Source: an uncultured Gemmatimonadales bacterium (lineage in GTDB: Bacteria; Gemmatimonadota; Gemmatimonadetes; Palauibacterales; Palauibacteraceae). From it: DNA of 64,000 bases. Of the stretch, positions 31,178 through 42,013 are shown in pieces (position 1 is the stretch's first letter; each line of letters begins with the position of its first letter). The stretch spans positions 160,001-224,000 of the forward strand of contig CAWANJ010000006.1 of NCBI GenBank assembly GCA_963783385.1, given 5' to 3'. Under the pieces are notes generated by a model. The model was given only the letters and a program-made list of their open reading frames with translations, was not told the origin of the DNA and searched no databases. The position numbers and the translations under genes were made by a program.

Positions 31178-31690
31178 ATGCACGTCGATCGAATGCGGGT
31201 GCTTCGGGAAGGGTTCGTCGCGGGGCTCATCGGCGCCGCCATCGTGGCGGTGTTCTTCGGCGTCGTGAACGTCCTGGGCGGCCACTCGCCCTTCTACACG
31301 GTGGACCACCTGGGGCGCGCCCTGGTCGGGACGGCCCCGGCCGGTGGACCGGGATCGGCGGCGGGACCTGCCCTGGCTTACAACGGGCTCCACCTCCTGG
31401 TCTTCCTGCTGATCGGGTTCGCTCTCGCCTGGCTCACCGCGAAGACGGAGCAGCATCCCGCCTTCTGGTACCTGGCGTTCTTCGGCCTGGTGGCCGCGTT
31501 CATCTACGACTTCTTTTTCGTGATGATGCTGGCCGGCCGCGCCACGGGCGGGCTGCCGTGGACACAGGTGGCGATCGGTAGCCTCCTGGCCGCCGTGGGC
31601 ATGATCGCGTACCTGCTGCGCATGCACCCCGCCCTGCGGCGCGCCGCGGACGAGGGCGGCGATCCGGAGTCGAGCGTGCGCCGAACCTGA
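31178..31690 (+). CDS. Hypothetical membrane protein
   Basis: GGGAGG RBS; four hydrophobic helices. Confidence 0.6.
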   Translation: MHVDRMRVLREGFVAGLIGAAIVAVFFGVVNVLGGHSPFYTVDHLGRALVGTAPAGGPGSAAGPALAYNGLHLLVFLLIGFALAWLTAKTEQHPAFWYLAFFGLVAAFIYDFFFVMMLAGRATGGLPWTQVAIGSLLAAVGMIAYLLRMHPALRRAADEGGDPESSVRRT

Positions 31691-31800
31691 CGCCCCCACA
31701 GATTGCTCCCGCCCCGCCCGGTGAGCGGGCGGACGGGTCGGGGCCGGCCCCACACGAGTAGCGGCACGGCCCGGCTCATCCCCGAGGGAGGGAGCGGAGG

Positions 31801-33714
31801 ATTCAGGACATCGAACCGGCGGAGGGCGCGCTCCACGCGGAGTCCCCCCGCGGACGCCAGCTGGCCGGGCTGTCGCTGGCCGCGCTCGGTGTGGTGTACG
31901 GCGACATCGGGACCAGCCCGCTGTACGCCCTGCACGAATCCCTGGCCGAAGAGGCGCACCTGCACGCGGATCCCCGCAACGTGCTGGGGGTCCTGAGCCT
32001 CATCTTCTGGTCCCTCATCCTCGTCATCTCCATCAAGTACCTGATCTTCATCCTGCGAGCGGACAACCGGGGCGAGGGCGGCATCCTCGCCCTGGCGGCC
32101 CTGGTGGCGCCCGCGGTCCGCAAGCTCGGAAAGCGAGTGAGCGCCACGATCTTCCTGGCGGGACTCTTCGGGGCGGCGCTCCTGTACGGCGACAGCATGA
32201 TCACCCCCGCCATCTCGGTACTGTCCGCCGTGGAGGGCCTCAAGGTGGCCACGTCCGTGTTCGATCCGTACGTGATTCCGATCACGATCGGGATCCTGGT
32301 GGGGCTGTTCCTGTTCCAGAAGCGAGGGACGGCGGGGGTGGGGCGGGTGTTCGGTCCGGTCACCATGGTGTGGTTCGCGGCGATCGGCGCCCTGGGACTC
32401 AAGGAGATCCTGCTGTATCCGGGCATCCTGGCGGCCATCGATCCCCGGCACGCGGCCGACTTCTTCGTGCGCAACGGCGGCACCGCGTTTGCCGCCCTGG
32501 GGGGCGTGTTCCTGGTCGTCACCGGCGGCGAGGCGCTGTACGCCGACCTCGGGCACTTCGGCGCGCGGCCCATCCGGCTCACCTGGTTCGTGCTCGTGCT
32601 CCCGGCCCTGCTCCTCAACTACTTCGGTCAGGGCGCGCTCCTCCTGCACAGCCCGGATGCCATCCGGGCCCCCTTCTTCCTCCTGGCGCCCTCCTGGGCA
32701 CTGTATCCGCTGGTCGTCCTGGCCACGGTCGCCACGGTGATCGCCTCGCAGGCGGTGATCTCGGGCGCCTACTCCCTGACCCGGGGCGCCGTGCAGCTCG
32801 GCTACCTGCCGCGCATGCAGGTCGACCACACCTCCGAGACGCGCGTGGGCCAGATCTACGTGCCGACCGTGAACTGGCTGCTCATGATCGCGGCCATCGG
32901 TCTCGTGCTCGGGTTCAAGACCTCGAGCAACCTGGCGGCGGCGTATGGGGTGGCCGTGACCACGACGATGGTGGTGACGACCATCCTGTTCGGGGCGGCC
33001 GCCCAGTACCGCTGGGGGTGGAGCTTCTGGGTGGCCGGACCGGTGGCCGCCGGCTTCCTGATCGTGGATCTGGCCTTCTTCGCGGCCAACATCCTCAAGA
33101 TCCCCCACGGCGGCTGGTTCCCGCTCCTCGTGGCCCTCGTCGTCGTGGTCATGATGACCACCTGGGCCCGCGGCCGGGACATCCTGGCCGGCCGGATCCA
33201 CGCGGGCGTGCTGCCAGTGACGAACCTGCTGGAGAACCTGCAGCGCGGCGGCATTCCCCGGGTCAAGGGCACCGCCGTGTTCATGTACAAGAACCCCGAC
33301 GGCGTCCCGCCGGCCCTGCTCCACAACCTCAAGCACAACAAGGTGCTGCACGAGCGCGTGATCCTCCTCACCGTGCTCACCGAGGAGATCCCGCGGGTGG
33401 ACCGGGCCGAGCGCTCGGAGACCGCTGACGTGGGATACGGCCTGTACCGCGTCGTCCTGCGCTACGGATTCGCCGAGGACCCGGACGTGCCCGCGGCGCT
33501 GCGGCGCCTGCGCCTGGGGGACTGGGACTTCAAGCTCTCCGAGACCAGCTTCTTCCTGGGGCGGGAGAATCTCCTGGCCACGCCGGGGGAGGGCATGGCG
33601 GTATGGCGCGAGCGGCTGTTCGCATTCATGTCCCGGAACGCCCGCCAGGCCACGTCCTTCTTCCGCATCCCCGCCGACCGGGTGGTGGAGCTGGGCACGC
33701 AGGTGGAGATCTAG
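31801..33714 (+). CDS. kup: KUP potassium uptake transporter
   Basis: GVVYGDIGTSPLY, ADNRGEGG, TGGEALYADLGHFG, GQIYVP; homology extends upstream of the GTG at 31891. Confidence 0.93.
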   Translation: MQDIEPAEGALHAESPRGRQLAGLSLAALGVVYGDIGTSPLYALHESLAEEAHLHADPRNVLGVLSLIFWSLILVISIKYLIFILRADNRGEGGILALAALVAPAVRKLGKRVSATIFLAGLFGAALLYGDSMITPAISVLSAVEGLKVATSVFDPYVIPITIGILVGLFLFQKRGTAGVGRVFGPVTMVWFAAIGALGLKEILLYPGILAAIDPRHAADFFVRNGGTAFAALGGVFLVVTGGEALYADLGHFGARPIRLTWFVLVLPALLLNYFGQGALLLHSPDAIRAPFFLLAPSWALYPLVVLATVATVIASQAVISGAYSLTRGAVQLGYLPRMQVDHTSETRVGQIYVPTVNWLLMIAAIGLVLGFKTSSNLAAAYGVAVTTTMVVTTILFGAAAQYRWGWSFWVAGPVAAGFLIVDLAFFAANILKIPHGGWFPLLVALVVVVMMTTWARGRDILAGRIHAGVLPVTNLLENLQRGGIPRVKGTAVFMYKNPDGVPPALLHNLKHNKVLHERVILLTVLTEEIPRVDRAERSETADVGYGLYRVVLRYGFAEDPDVPAALRRLRLGDWDFKLSETSFFLGRENLLATPGEGMAVWRERLFAFMSRNARQATSFFRIPADRVVELGTQVEI

Positions 33715-34946
33715 TCCACCCCGCTCTCGGCGCCCGCTTCGCCTCCGGAGCTCCCGGCCGGGGCGGCCCGCGCCCCCGCTCCGGGCCCCAGCGTCTTCCA
33801 CGCGCCCACCGTGAGCAGAGGCACCGCGAACACGGCGATGAAGGCGTACCCCAGCCAGGTGTAACCGCGGGCCACGAGCGCGATGATCCCGACCCGGGAC
33901 AGGAGGGCGGCGAGCAAGAGGATCCCGCCGCCCAGGAGCCCACTCCGGACCGGGCCGAGGCCGTTCGAATCGCCCTTCCGCAGGTCCGCGTCGATCCGGT
34001 CCACCAGCGCGTGGATGAGCCCCACGCTGGTCTCGAGCAGCGTCCAGCCCATCACGATCCCGAACAACGCGAACAGGGTCGTCCCCCCAACGTCCTGCAG
34101 CATGTGGAGCCACGGGACCGGCGCGTCGAACACCTCCGGCGACGGATAGAAGCCCAGGAGGCACAGCCAGGTGAGGGCGAAGGGCAGCGTCATCAGGAGC
34201 CCGGACAGGAGCGCCGCCGTCACGGTCTCCCGCCGCTCCGTCTGCCGGTGGAGGGTGAAGAGGACGGCGGGATACACGGCCAGGTTGTAGCCCACGTACA
34301 CGATCCCGGTCCCGACCACCGCCAGGGTGGACGCGCCCGCGCTCGCAGCGACGACACCGGCGATGGCGCCGCCGTGCGCCAGCGCCGCGGGCGTCCTCTC
34401 CGACAGCGCCCTCATGACGCTCGGCCACCGGGTCCCCAGCACGAGCGCGCCGAACAGGAGGTAGGCGGCGTACAGGAGGATGGTGCCCAGGCTCTTGAAC
34501 GCCTCGATGACGTCGGCCCCGAAGTAGAGGAGGAAGGCGACCGCCAGGATGACGAAAGCGGCGCCCAGGAAGCCCGGCAGGCCCAGGGTCTCCTGGAGGA
34601 TGTTGGCGGCGGCCGAGGCCACGACCGCGATGACCAGGACGGTCATGGCCACGTACACGAGGTCGAAGGCGGGCCAGGCGCGCCCGATGAGCCGGCGGAT
34701 GAACGCCTTGTACTCGTAGGCGTGGTAGCGCCGCGCCAACTCGAAGGTGAGGAAGGAGACGACCGTGAAGCCCACGAAGATCGTGAGCACCGCCATCCAG
34801 CCGCGTCCCCCGTACCGGGCGCCGTAGGCCACGCTCTCCCGGCCCGTGGCGTAGCCGCCACCGACGAGCACGGACTGGAGGACCACCGCCGGCAGGAGGA
34901 GCCGCCCGAAGCGCCCCCGCGTCAGGCGCCGAAAGGCCTGGATCAC
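33711..34946 (-). CDS. YkvI-like membrane protein
   Basis: VLVGGGYATGRE motif, many TM helices; GTG start overlaps the fabH stop. Confidence 0.75.
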   Translation of the reverse strand: MIQAFRRLTRGRFGRLLLPAVVLQSVLVGGGYATGRESVAYGARYGGRGWMAVLTIFVGFTVVSFLTFELARRYHAYEYKAFIRRLIGRAWPAFDLVYVAMTVLVIAVVASAAANILQETLGLPGFLGAAFVILAVAFLLYFGADVIEAFKSLGTILLYAAYLLFGALVLGTRWPSVMRALSERTPAALAHGGAIAGVVAASAGASTLAVVGTGIVYVGYNLAVYPAVLFTLHRQTERRETVTAALLSGLLMTLPFALTWLCLLGFYPSPEVFDAPVPWLHMLQDVGGTTLFALFGIVMGWTLLETSVGLIHALVDRIDADLRKGDSNGLGPVRSGLLGGGILLLAALLSRVGIIALVARGYTWLGYAFIAVFAVPLLTVGAWKTLGPGAGARAAPAGSSGGEAGAESGVD

Positions 34947-35940
34947 CAGCGCACGAGCGCCGCTCCCCAGGTGAAGCCCGACCCGAACGCCGTCAGGCAC
35001 ACGAGGTCGCCTTCCCGGACCCGGCCGTCGGCCACCGCCTCGTGCAGCGCAATGGGGATGGAGGCGGCGGTGGTGTTTCCGTAGCGCTGGATGTTGTTAT
35101 AGACCTTCTCGTCGGGCAGACCGAGCGTCTTCTGGACGGCCTGGGAGATCCTCAGGTTGGCCTGGTGAGGGATGATCATGTCGACCTCCTCCAGCGGCAG
35201 GCCCGGCTTCTCCGAGCACCTCGTGCACCGACTCCGGCATCCGCTTCACGGCGTGCCGGAACACCTCGCGGCCCTGCATCGCCGGGACGTGGAGCTTCTC
35301 CTCGATGTCCGCGCAGGTGATGTATGGGTCGGTGCGCGCAGCCGGGCATGTCGGTCCACAGCGTCTCGGCGTGACGGCCGTCGGCATGGACCTTAACGGT
35401 CAGCACGCCGCGCTCTTCCTCGGTCGGTCGCGAGGATCACCGCGCCGGCGCCGTCTCCGAACAGCACGCCCGTGTCCCGCCCGCGCAGCGACAGGTCGAG
35501 GCCCGCGGAGTGCGAATTCGGCCCCCACCAGCAGCACCCGCCGGTAGGCGCCCGTCCGGATCCACGCATCCGCCACGGAGAGCCCGTAGAGGAAGCCGGT
35601 GCACTGGTTCCTCACGTCCAGGCAAGGGATGTCGGTCACGCCGAGCTGGCGCTGCAGAAACACGCCCGGTGCCCGGAAAGAAGTGGTCGGGGCTCAGGGT
35701 CGCCAGGATGATGCAGTCGAGCTCGGCCGCCTCCATGCCCGCCCGCTCCAGCGCCATGCGCGCGGCCGCCTCGGCCAGATCGGCGCCGGTCTCGTCCTCG
35801 GCGGCCCACCGCCGCTCCTCGATGCCCGAGCGCTGACGGATCCACTCATCCGAGGTCTCCATCATCCCCTCGAGCTCGTGGTTGGTGACCACGCGGTCGG
35901 GCACGCGGAAGCCGGTGGACAGGAAGCGGGTTCGGGTCAT
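34943..35940 (-). CDS. fabH: 3-oxoacyl-ACP synthase III (multiple frameshifts)
   Basis: ETSDEWIRQRSGIEERR, NQCTGFLYGL, PHQANLRI, YGNTTAAS, AFGSGFTWG. Confidence 0.9.
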
Positions 35941-36047
35941 CGGTCACTCCAGGGGACGGTCGGGTGAACGCTCGGCGCGGCGGGCCCGCTCGGCATGCCG
36001 CCCAAGATAGGACCCGGCGGAGATGAGCCACGAGTCCGAACGGGCCC

Positions 36048-36107
36048 TTGACAGTCACCGCCCCTGGCCATACAGCTTTAATCATTCGATTAAATCATGT
36101 GACTAAC
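36048..36107 (+). promoter_or_regulatory. Promoter and TetR-type operator(s)
   Basis: TTGACA at 36048; palindrome TTTAATC-attc-GATTAAA (36077-36094) with an overlapping imperfect copy TTAAATC-atgt-GACTAAC. Confidence 0.65.
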
Positions 36108-36124
36108 AGCCGGACACGGACCCC

Positions 36125-36774
36125 ATGGTCGAAGCGAACCACGGCGGCGCGGGTCAGGGACGCCGAAGAGGCGATCCTCGAGGCCGCACACGAGGTGTTC
36201 GTGCGCCGCGGCACGGCGGGAGCGCGCATGCGCGAGATCGCCGATGCCGCCGGCGTCAACCAGGCACTCCTCCACTATTACTTCCGCAGCAAGGAAGGGT
36301 TGGCGCGGGCCGTGTTCGCGCGCGCCGCCCGGCAGCCTGATGCCGGCCGTCCTCGCGGCGGTGGGCGCGGACCTGCCACTGGAGGAGAAGGTGGAGCGTG
36401 TGATCGCCACCGAGATGGAGGTGCTGGGGCGACACCCCTACCTGCCCGGGTACGTCCTGTGTGAGCTGACGCACCATCCCGAGCGCGTCGAGCAGCTCGT
36501 CGAGGCCGCGCTGGGCGAGGGCGGAGAGGCCGCCGGTCAGACGGCGCTCGCCGTCCTCGGGCCCCAGCTCGCCGAAGCTCGCGAGGCGGGCACGATCGGG
36601 CCCATCGACCCGCGGCAGTTCGTGGTGAACCTCCTCGCCCTGGCCATCTTCCCGTTCGCCGCGCGTCCGCTGCTCCAGGTCATGCTCGGGCTGGACGAGG
36701 AGGGCTACCAGGCGTTTCTCGAGGTACGGCGGAAGGAGCTCGCGGGCTTCTTCCTTCGGGGGCTGCGGCCGTGA
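36125..36774 (+). CDS. TetR/AcrR family regulator (frameshifted)
   Basis: ILEAAHEVF..GARMREIADAAGVNQALLHYYFRSKEGL. Confidence 0.88.
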
Positions 36775-38168
36775 GCGCGCCGACCCTCAGACGTCCCCCG
36801 ACGCCCGCGTCGACGGCGATCGCGCGCGGGATCGTCGCCGCGGCCGTGGCCCTCTCGCCGGGGTGGGCCGCTCCCGCCCCGGCCGCCGCCCAGCAGGACA
36901 CCCTGCACCTGGCGGAGCTGCGGGACGCGGCCGAGCGCTTCGACCCGCGAGCCGCGCAGTCGCAAATGCGGCAGCGAGCCACGGGCCTGGAGCTGGCCAA
37001 CCTGTCATCGGGCTACCTCCCGCAGCTCTCGGTCACCGGGCGGGCGACCTACCAGTCCGACGTCCCCACCGCGCCCTTCACGGGTCCGGGCGGCGTCGGC
37101 ATCGAGGTGCCCAAGGACCAGTACGCGGCCGATCTCCAGGTGAGCCAGCTGGTGTGGGACGGAGGACGCATCGCCGCGCGCCGCGGCCTGGAGCGCGCCA
37201 GACTCGCTGAGTCCGAGGCTTCCCTCCGCACCGACCTGTACCAAACGCGGCAGGACGTGGACGGCGCCTTCTTCCGGGCCCTCCTTCTCCAGCAACGCAT
37301 CGGCGAGGTCGATCGACTGGTCTCCGACCTGAAGAGCAAGCTCGGGGAGGTGCGCTCGCAGGTGCGGAACGGGGCCGCCCTCCCGGGCGACACCGCGGCC
37401 ATGCAGGCGGAGATTCTCCAGACCGGGCAGCGGCGAGACGAGCTGGCGGCCGACCGCCGCGCCGCCCTCGGCGTGCTGGCCCGACTGACTGGACGAAAGG
37501 TGGGTCCGGACGACGTGCTCGCACTGCCCGATCTCGCGGACCGCGTGCGAGCGGCACGGGGCGCCGAGGCCGCGGCGGGCGCCGCCGGTGTGACGGACCG
37601 GCACCGCCCCGAGTTCGACCTGCTGGCGCGCGAGCGCGAGGTCCTGGACCGGCAGGAGGGCCTGACGGGCACCGAGCGGCTGCCGAAGCTCGTCGCGTTC
37701 GGGATGGCCGGCTACGGGAAGCCGGGCCTCAACCTGCTCGGGGACGGCTTCGACACCTACTGGCGGGCGGGGGTCCAGTTCGAGTGGGCTCCGTGGCACT
37801 GGGGCACGGTGTCCCGCGAGAAGGAGGCGCTCGACCTCAGGCGCCAGATCGTGGCCACCGAGGAGGAGGCGCTCTCCCGGCGCCTCGACCGGGCCGTGCA
37901 GGAGCCACTGGCGACGATGGACCGTCTGCAGGCCGCCCTGGACTCGGACCGACGGATCATCGAGCTGCGGTCGCAGCTCGAGCGCCAGGCGGCGCACCAG
38001 CTCGAAGAGCAGGTGATCACGCCGGCCCGCTACATCGACATCCGTGATGACCTCTACGACGCGCGGGACGCGTGGCAGACCCACCGGGTCCAGCTCGCCG
38101 AAGCCCGCGCCCGCTACCTGACGACCCTCGGCCTCGAGCCGACTGAAGCGGTGAGGAGGACCCCATGA
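36771..38168 (+). CDS. TolC-family outer membrane efflux protein
   Basis: Signal peptide; YLPQLSV..QLVWDGG; operon context. Confidence 0.85.
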   Translation: MSAPTLRRPPTPASTAIARGIVAAAVALSPGWAAPAPAAAQQDTLHLAELRDAAERFDPRAAQSQMRQRATGLELANLSSGYLPQLSVTGRATYQSDVPTAPFTGPGGVGIEVPKDQYAADLQVSQLVWDGGRIAARRGLERARLAESEASLRTDLYQTRQDVDGAFFRALLLQQRIGEVDRLVSDLKSKLGEVRSQVRNGAALPGDTAAMQAEILQTGQRRDELAADRRAALGVLARLTGRKVGPDDVLALPDLADRVRAARGAEAAAGAAGVTDRHRPEFDLLAREREVLDRQEGLTGTERLPKLVAFGMAGYGKPGLNLLGDGFDTYWRAGVQFEWAPWHWGTVSREKEALDLRRQIVATEEEALSRRLDRAVQEPLATMDRLQAALDSDRRIIELRSQLERQAAHQLEEQVITPARYIDIRDDLYDARDAWQTHRVQLAEARARYLTTLGLEPTEAVRRTP

Positions 38169-39091
38169 ACGGCCTTCGACGCATGCTCCCGATCACGGGC
38201 GGCCTCCTGGTGCCGCTCCTCCTGGCGGCCTGTGGAAAGCCCGCCGCCGACGCGTACGGCAACTTCGAGACGACGGAGGTCACGGTGTCCTCCGAGGTGC
38301 CCGGTCGACTCCTGACGCAGGACGCCAGGGAGGGCGACACCCTGCGGGCGGGCCAGGCCGTGGCGCTGGTCGACACCACCGCCCCGGCACTCGACCTGCG
38401 CGAGGCCCGAGCCCGCCTGGAGGTGGCGCACGCCGCCACGCGGCAGGCCCGCTCCCGGGCCGCGGCCCTCGAGGCGCGGCTGGAGCGCGCGCGCAGCGAA
38501 TACGCCCGAACGCAGCGACTGCACGCCGACCAGGCCGCCACCGTGCGTCAGCTCGAAGCGGCACGGTCGGACGCGAGGGCGCTGACCCACGAGCTGCGCG
38601 CCGCCCGGGACCAGGTCACCGGCAGCCGCAAGGACGCGGACGCGCTCGAGGCGCGCATCGCCTCGCTCGAGAACCGTCTGTCCAAGAGCCATGTCACCAA
38701 CCCGCTCACGGGCACCGTCCTGACCCGCATCGCCGAGCCCGGCGAGTTCGTGCAGCCGGGACAGCCCCTGTACCGGATCGCGAGCCTGGACACGCTGGAG
38801 CTCCGCGCCTACGTGGGCGAGCCGCAGCTCCCCGGCGTGCGGGTGGGAGAGGCCGCGCGCGTCCGCATCGACGTGAACGGCGCCCGCCGCACGCTCCGCG
38901 GCCGGGTGAGCTGGGTCTCCCCGGAGGCGGAGTTCACTCCCACCAGGATCCAGACACGGGACGAACGCACCGACCTGGTCTACGCTGTGAAGATCCGCGT
39001 GCCCAACCAGGACGGAGAGCTGAAGATCGGGATGCCGGGCGAGGTGGTGTTCGGGAGTCCGGCGGCGGACTCGACGGTCGCCGACCGATGA
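38165..39091 (+). CDS. HlyD-family membrane fusion protein (YbhG-like)
   Basis: GNFETTEVTVSSEVPG, AEFTPTRIQTRDER, LKIGMPGEV. Confidence 0.9.
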   Translation: MNGLRRMLPITGGLLVPLLLAACGKPAADAYGNFETTEVTVSSEVPGRLLTQDAREGDTLRAGQAVALVDTTAPALDLREARARLEVAHAATRQARSRAAALEARLERARSEYARTQRLHADQAATVRQLEAARSDARALTHELRAARDQVTGSRKDADALEARIASLENRLSKSHVTNPLTGTVLTRIAEPGEFVQPGQPLYRIASLDTLELRAYVGEPQLPGVRVGEAARVRIDVNGARRTLRGRVSWVSPEAEFTPTRIQTRDERTDLVYAVKIRVPNQDGELKIGMPGEVVFGSPAADSTVADR

Positions 39092-40071
39092 GTGCGCCCG
39101 CGGTCGACGCCGAAGGCCTGGTCAAACGCTTCGAGGAGGAGACGGCACTGGATGGCCTCACCTTCTCGGTCGAGCCGGAAGAGATCTTCGGCTTCATCGG
39201 ACCCGACGGGGCCGGGAAGACGACGCTGTTCCGGATCCTCACGACGCTGCTCCTGGCGGACGAGGGGAGCGCCCGGGTCCTGGACCTGGACGTGGCGCGC
39301 GACTTCTGGGCGCTGAGGGCGAGAGTCGGCTACATGCCCGGCCGCTTCTCCCTGTATCCCGACCTCAGCGTGGCGGAGAACCTCGCTTTCTTCGCCTCCG
39401 TGTTCGGCACGTCGCCGGCGGAGCAGGAGGACCTCATCGGTCCGATCTACTCCCAGATCGAGCCTTTCCGCGACCGACGGGCCGGCGCCCTCTCCGGCGG
39501 CATGAAGCAGAAGCTGGCGCTGTCGTGCGCGCTCGTGCACCGGCCCGAGATCCTGTTCCTGGACGAGCCGACGACCGGCGTCGACGCCGTGTCCCGGCGG
39601 GAGTTCTGGGACCTTCTGGGCCGCCTGCGGGAGCAGGGTCTCACCATCGTGGTCTCGACCCCGTACATGGACGAGGCGAGCCGGTGCGACCGGGTCGCCC
39701 TGATCCAGGACGGACGTCTCCTGGGCGTGGACGCGCCCGGGGCGTTCGGAGCGCGCTACGGACATCCGCTGCTGGCCGTCAGCGGCTCCGATCGCCGGCA
39801 CCTGCCGGAGATCCTCCGTTCCTGGGAGCACGCGCTATCGGCGTATCCGTTCGGCGAGACGGTCCACCTCACGGACCGCCGGGCCGATCTCGACCCGCGG
39901 CGGGCGGCGGTACAGGTCCAGGACTACCTGGCGGCACGGGGCGTCCCGGACGCCGAGGTCAGGCCGATCGAGCCCGGCATCGAGGACGTGTTCATCGCGC
40001 GCATGGGCAGCGGCGGCGTGGAACCTCCCGCTGGCGCGGCCGCCGACCCGGGAGCCGGGGAGGCCTCGTGA
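39088..40071 (+). CDS. ABC transporter ATP-binding protein
   Basis: GPDGAGKT, LSGGMKQK, LDEPTTG. Confidence 0.93.
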   Translation: MSAPAVDAEGLVKRFEEETALDGLTFSVEPEEIFGFIGPDGAGKTTLFRILTTLLLADEGSARVLDLDVARDFWALRARVGYMPGRFSLYPDLSVAENLAFFASVFGTSPAEQEDLIGPIYSQIEPFRDRRAGALSGGMKQKLALSCALVHRPEILFLDEPTTGVDAVSRREFWDLLGRLREQGLTIVVSTPYMDEASRCDRVALIQDGRLLGVDAPGAFGARYGHPLLAVSGSDRRHLPEILRSWEHALSAYPFGETVHLTDRRADLDPRRAAVQVQDYLAARGVPDAEVRPIEPGIEDVFIARMGSGGVEPPAGAAADPGAGEAS

Positions 40072-40883
40072 GCGCCGGGGAGCAGCGGGCGGCGGGGAGC
40101 TCGGCCCCGCCGGGCTCGCACGGCGCGGCCGCCATCGAGGCGAACGGACTCACCCGCCGGTTCGGCGACTTCACCGCCGTCGACGCGATCAGCTTCCGGG
40201 TGGAGCGCGGCGAGGTGTTCGGCTTCCTGGGCGCCAACGGCGCCGGCAAGACGACGGTGATCCGCATGCTCACCGGCCTCCTGTCGCCGAGCGCGGGCGA
40301 GGCCCGGGTGGCCGGCCACGACGTGTACGGCGATACCGAGGCGATCCGCCGGTCCATCGGCTACATGAGCCAGCGGTTCTCGCTGTACGAAGACCTGCGA
40401 GTGCGCGAGAACATCCAGCTGTACGGCGGCATCTACGGCCTGCCGAATCGCACCATCCGCGAGCGCGGGAACCGGCTCCTGGCCGACCTCGGCCTCGAGC
40501 ACGCCGCCGACGAGCTGGTGGCCTCCATCCCTCTCGGATGGCGTCAGAAGCTGGCCTTCTCGGTCGCCACCCTGCACGAGCCGGAGATCCTCTTCCTGGA
40601 CGAGCCGACGGGAGGCGTCGACCCGATCACGCGCCGGCAGTTCTGGGAAATGATCTATCGGGCCGCCGATGGCGGCACGACGGTGCTCGTGACGACCCAC
40701 TACATGGACGAGGCGGAGTACTGCGACCGGATCTCCATCATGGTGGACGGCCACATCCGCGCCATGGGGACGCCGCGCGATCTGCGCGCAGAGTACGGGG
40801 TCGCCTCCGTCGACGAGCTCTTCCTGCATCTCGTGCGCCCCACGGACCCGACGACGCCGGCCGACGCGGGAGGCGGGTCATGA
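40068..40883 (+). CDS. ABC transporter ATP-binding protein
   Basis: GANGAGKT, LDEPTGGVD, TTHYMDEAE. Confidence 0.93.
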   Translation: MSAGEQRAAGSSAPPGSHGAAAIEANGLTRRFGDFTAVDAISFRVERGEVFGFLGANGAGKTTVIRMLTGLLSPSAGEARVAGHDVYGDTEAIRRSIGYMSQRFSLYEDLRVRENIQLYGGIYGLPNRTIRERGNRLLADLGLEHAADELVASIPLGWRQKLAFSVATLHEPEILFLDEPTGGVDPITRRQFWEMIYRAADGGTTVLVTTHYMDEAEYCDRISIMVDGHIRAMGTPRDLRAEYGVASVDELFLHLVRPTDPTTPADAGGGS

Positions 40884-42013
40884 CCGCGCTTCGCGGGTTC
40901 ATCGTCAAGGAGGTCCGCCACATCCTGAGGGACCGCCAGACGTTATGGCTCCTCCTGCTCCTTCCGCTGGTCCTCGTGATCCTGTTCGGGTTCGCGATCC
41001 GAACGGACATCCAGTCGATCCGCGTGGCATTCGTGGACCCGAGCCCGAGCGCGGCTTCCGTGTCGCTGCAGGACCGATTCGACGGCACGCCGGTGTTCCA
41101 CGCCGCGGCAACCGTTGCCTCGACACGGGCCCTGGACCCGCTGTTCAGGCGTGGCGCCATCGACGAGGCCGTCGTCTTCCCCGCCGACTTCGCGAGAGGA
41201 CTGGGACGGGGGGCGGGCCGGCTGCAGATCCTCGTGGACGCCACCGATCCGAACATCGGCAGCATCATGACCGCCTACGCCGAGGCGGTGATCCAGGGTT
41301 GGGCGGCCGAGCGCGTCGGCTCGGGCGCGGCCGGACCGGGCGCCCCGGCGTCGGTTCGGGCCGTACCGGCCGTGGTGCCGGAGACCCGGTTACGCTTCAA
41401 CCCGACGCTGGCCAGCGAGGACCTCTTCGTCCCGGGTCTGATCGCCCTGGTGCTCACGATCGTGTCCGCGGTGATGACATCCATTACGCTGACGCGCGAG
41501 AAGGAGCGCGGCACGATGGAGACGCTCCTCGTGTCGCCGCTCCGGCCGTGGCAAATCCTGGTGGGCAAGGTGACCCCGTACCTGGTCCTCGGCTTCGTGA
41601 ACCTGGTGACCGCCCTGGCGGCGGCGGGGCTCATCTTCGGGGTCCCCCTGCGCGGCTCCGTCCCGCTGCTCCTCGCGGAGGGCCTCCTGTTCCTGCTGGT
41701 GTGCACGGGGTTGGGCGTGTTCATCTCCACGCGAACGGACTCGCAGCGGGCCGCCATGCTGGCCTCCATGGCGGGGCTGCTCCTGCCGACGACCGTGCTG
41801 TCCGGGATGATCTTCCCGATCTCGAGCATGCCCGCGTGGCTGCGCCCGATCACCTACCTGATCCCGGCGCGCTGGTTCATCACGATCGCCCGTGGGATCC
41901 TCCTCAAGGGGGTGGGCCTCGACGTCCTGTGGCCGGACACGGTCGTGCTGGCGCTGATGGCGGCCCTGCTGCTGGCGGCGAGCATGCGGCTCTTCAAGGT
42001 GAGGCTGACATGA
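40880..42013 (+). CDS. ABC-2 permease (YbhS-like)
   Basis: KEVRHILRD, REKERGTMETLLVSP. Confidence 0.9.
   Translation: MTALRGFIVKEVRHILRDRQTLWLLLLLPLVLVILFGFAIRTDIQSIRVAFVDPSPSAASVSLQDRFDGTPVFHAAATVASTRALDPLFRRGAIDEAVVFPADFARGLGRGAGRLQILVDATDPNIGSIMTAYAEAVIQGWAAERVGSGAAGPGAPASVRAVPAVVPETRLRFNPTLASEDLFVPGLIALVLTIVSAVMTSITLTREKERGTMETLLVSPLRPWQILVGKVTPYLVLGFVNLVTALAAAGLIFGVPLRGSVPLLLAEGLLFLLVCTGLGVFISTRTDSQRAAMLASMAGLLLPTTVLSGMIFPISSMPAWLRPITYLIPARWFITIARGILLKGVGLDVLWPDTVVLALMAALLLAASMRLFKVRLT

Noticed and set aside
12258-34428. Very long antisense or alternate-frame ORFs (e.g. 12258-14333, 26665-29376, 31504-34428)
   Set aside because: Shadow ORFs of real genes caused by high GC3; no motifs, Arg/Gly/Pro-biased
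34943-35940. fabH as a true pseudogene or programmed frameshift
   Set aside because: Similar indels occur across the whole window and the catalytic motifs are retained; sequencing error is the simpler explanation
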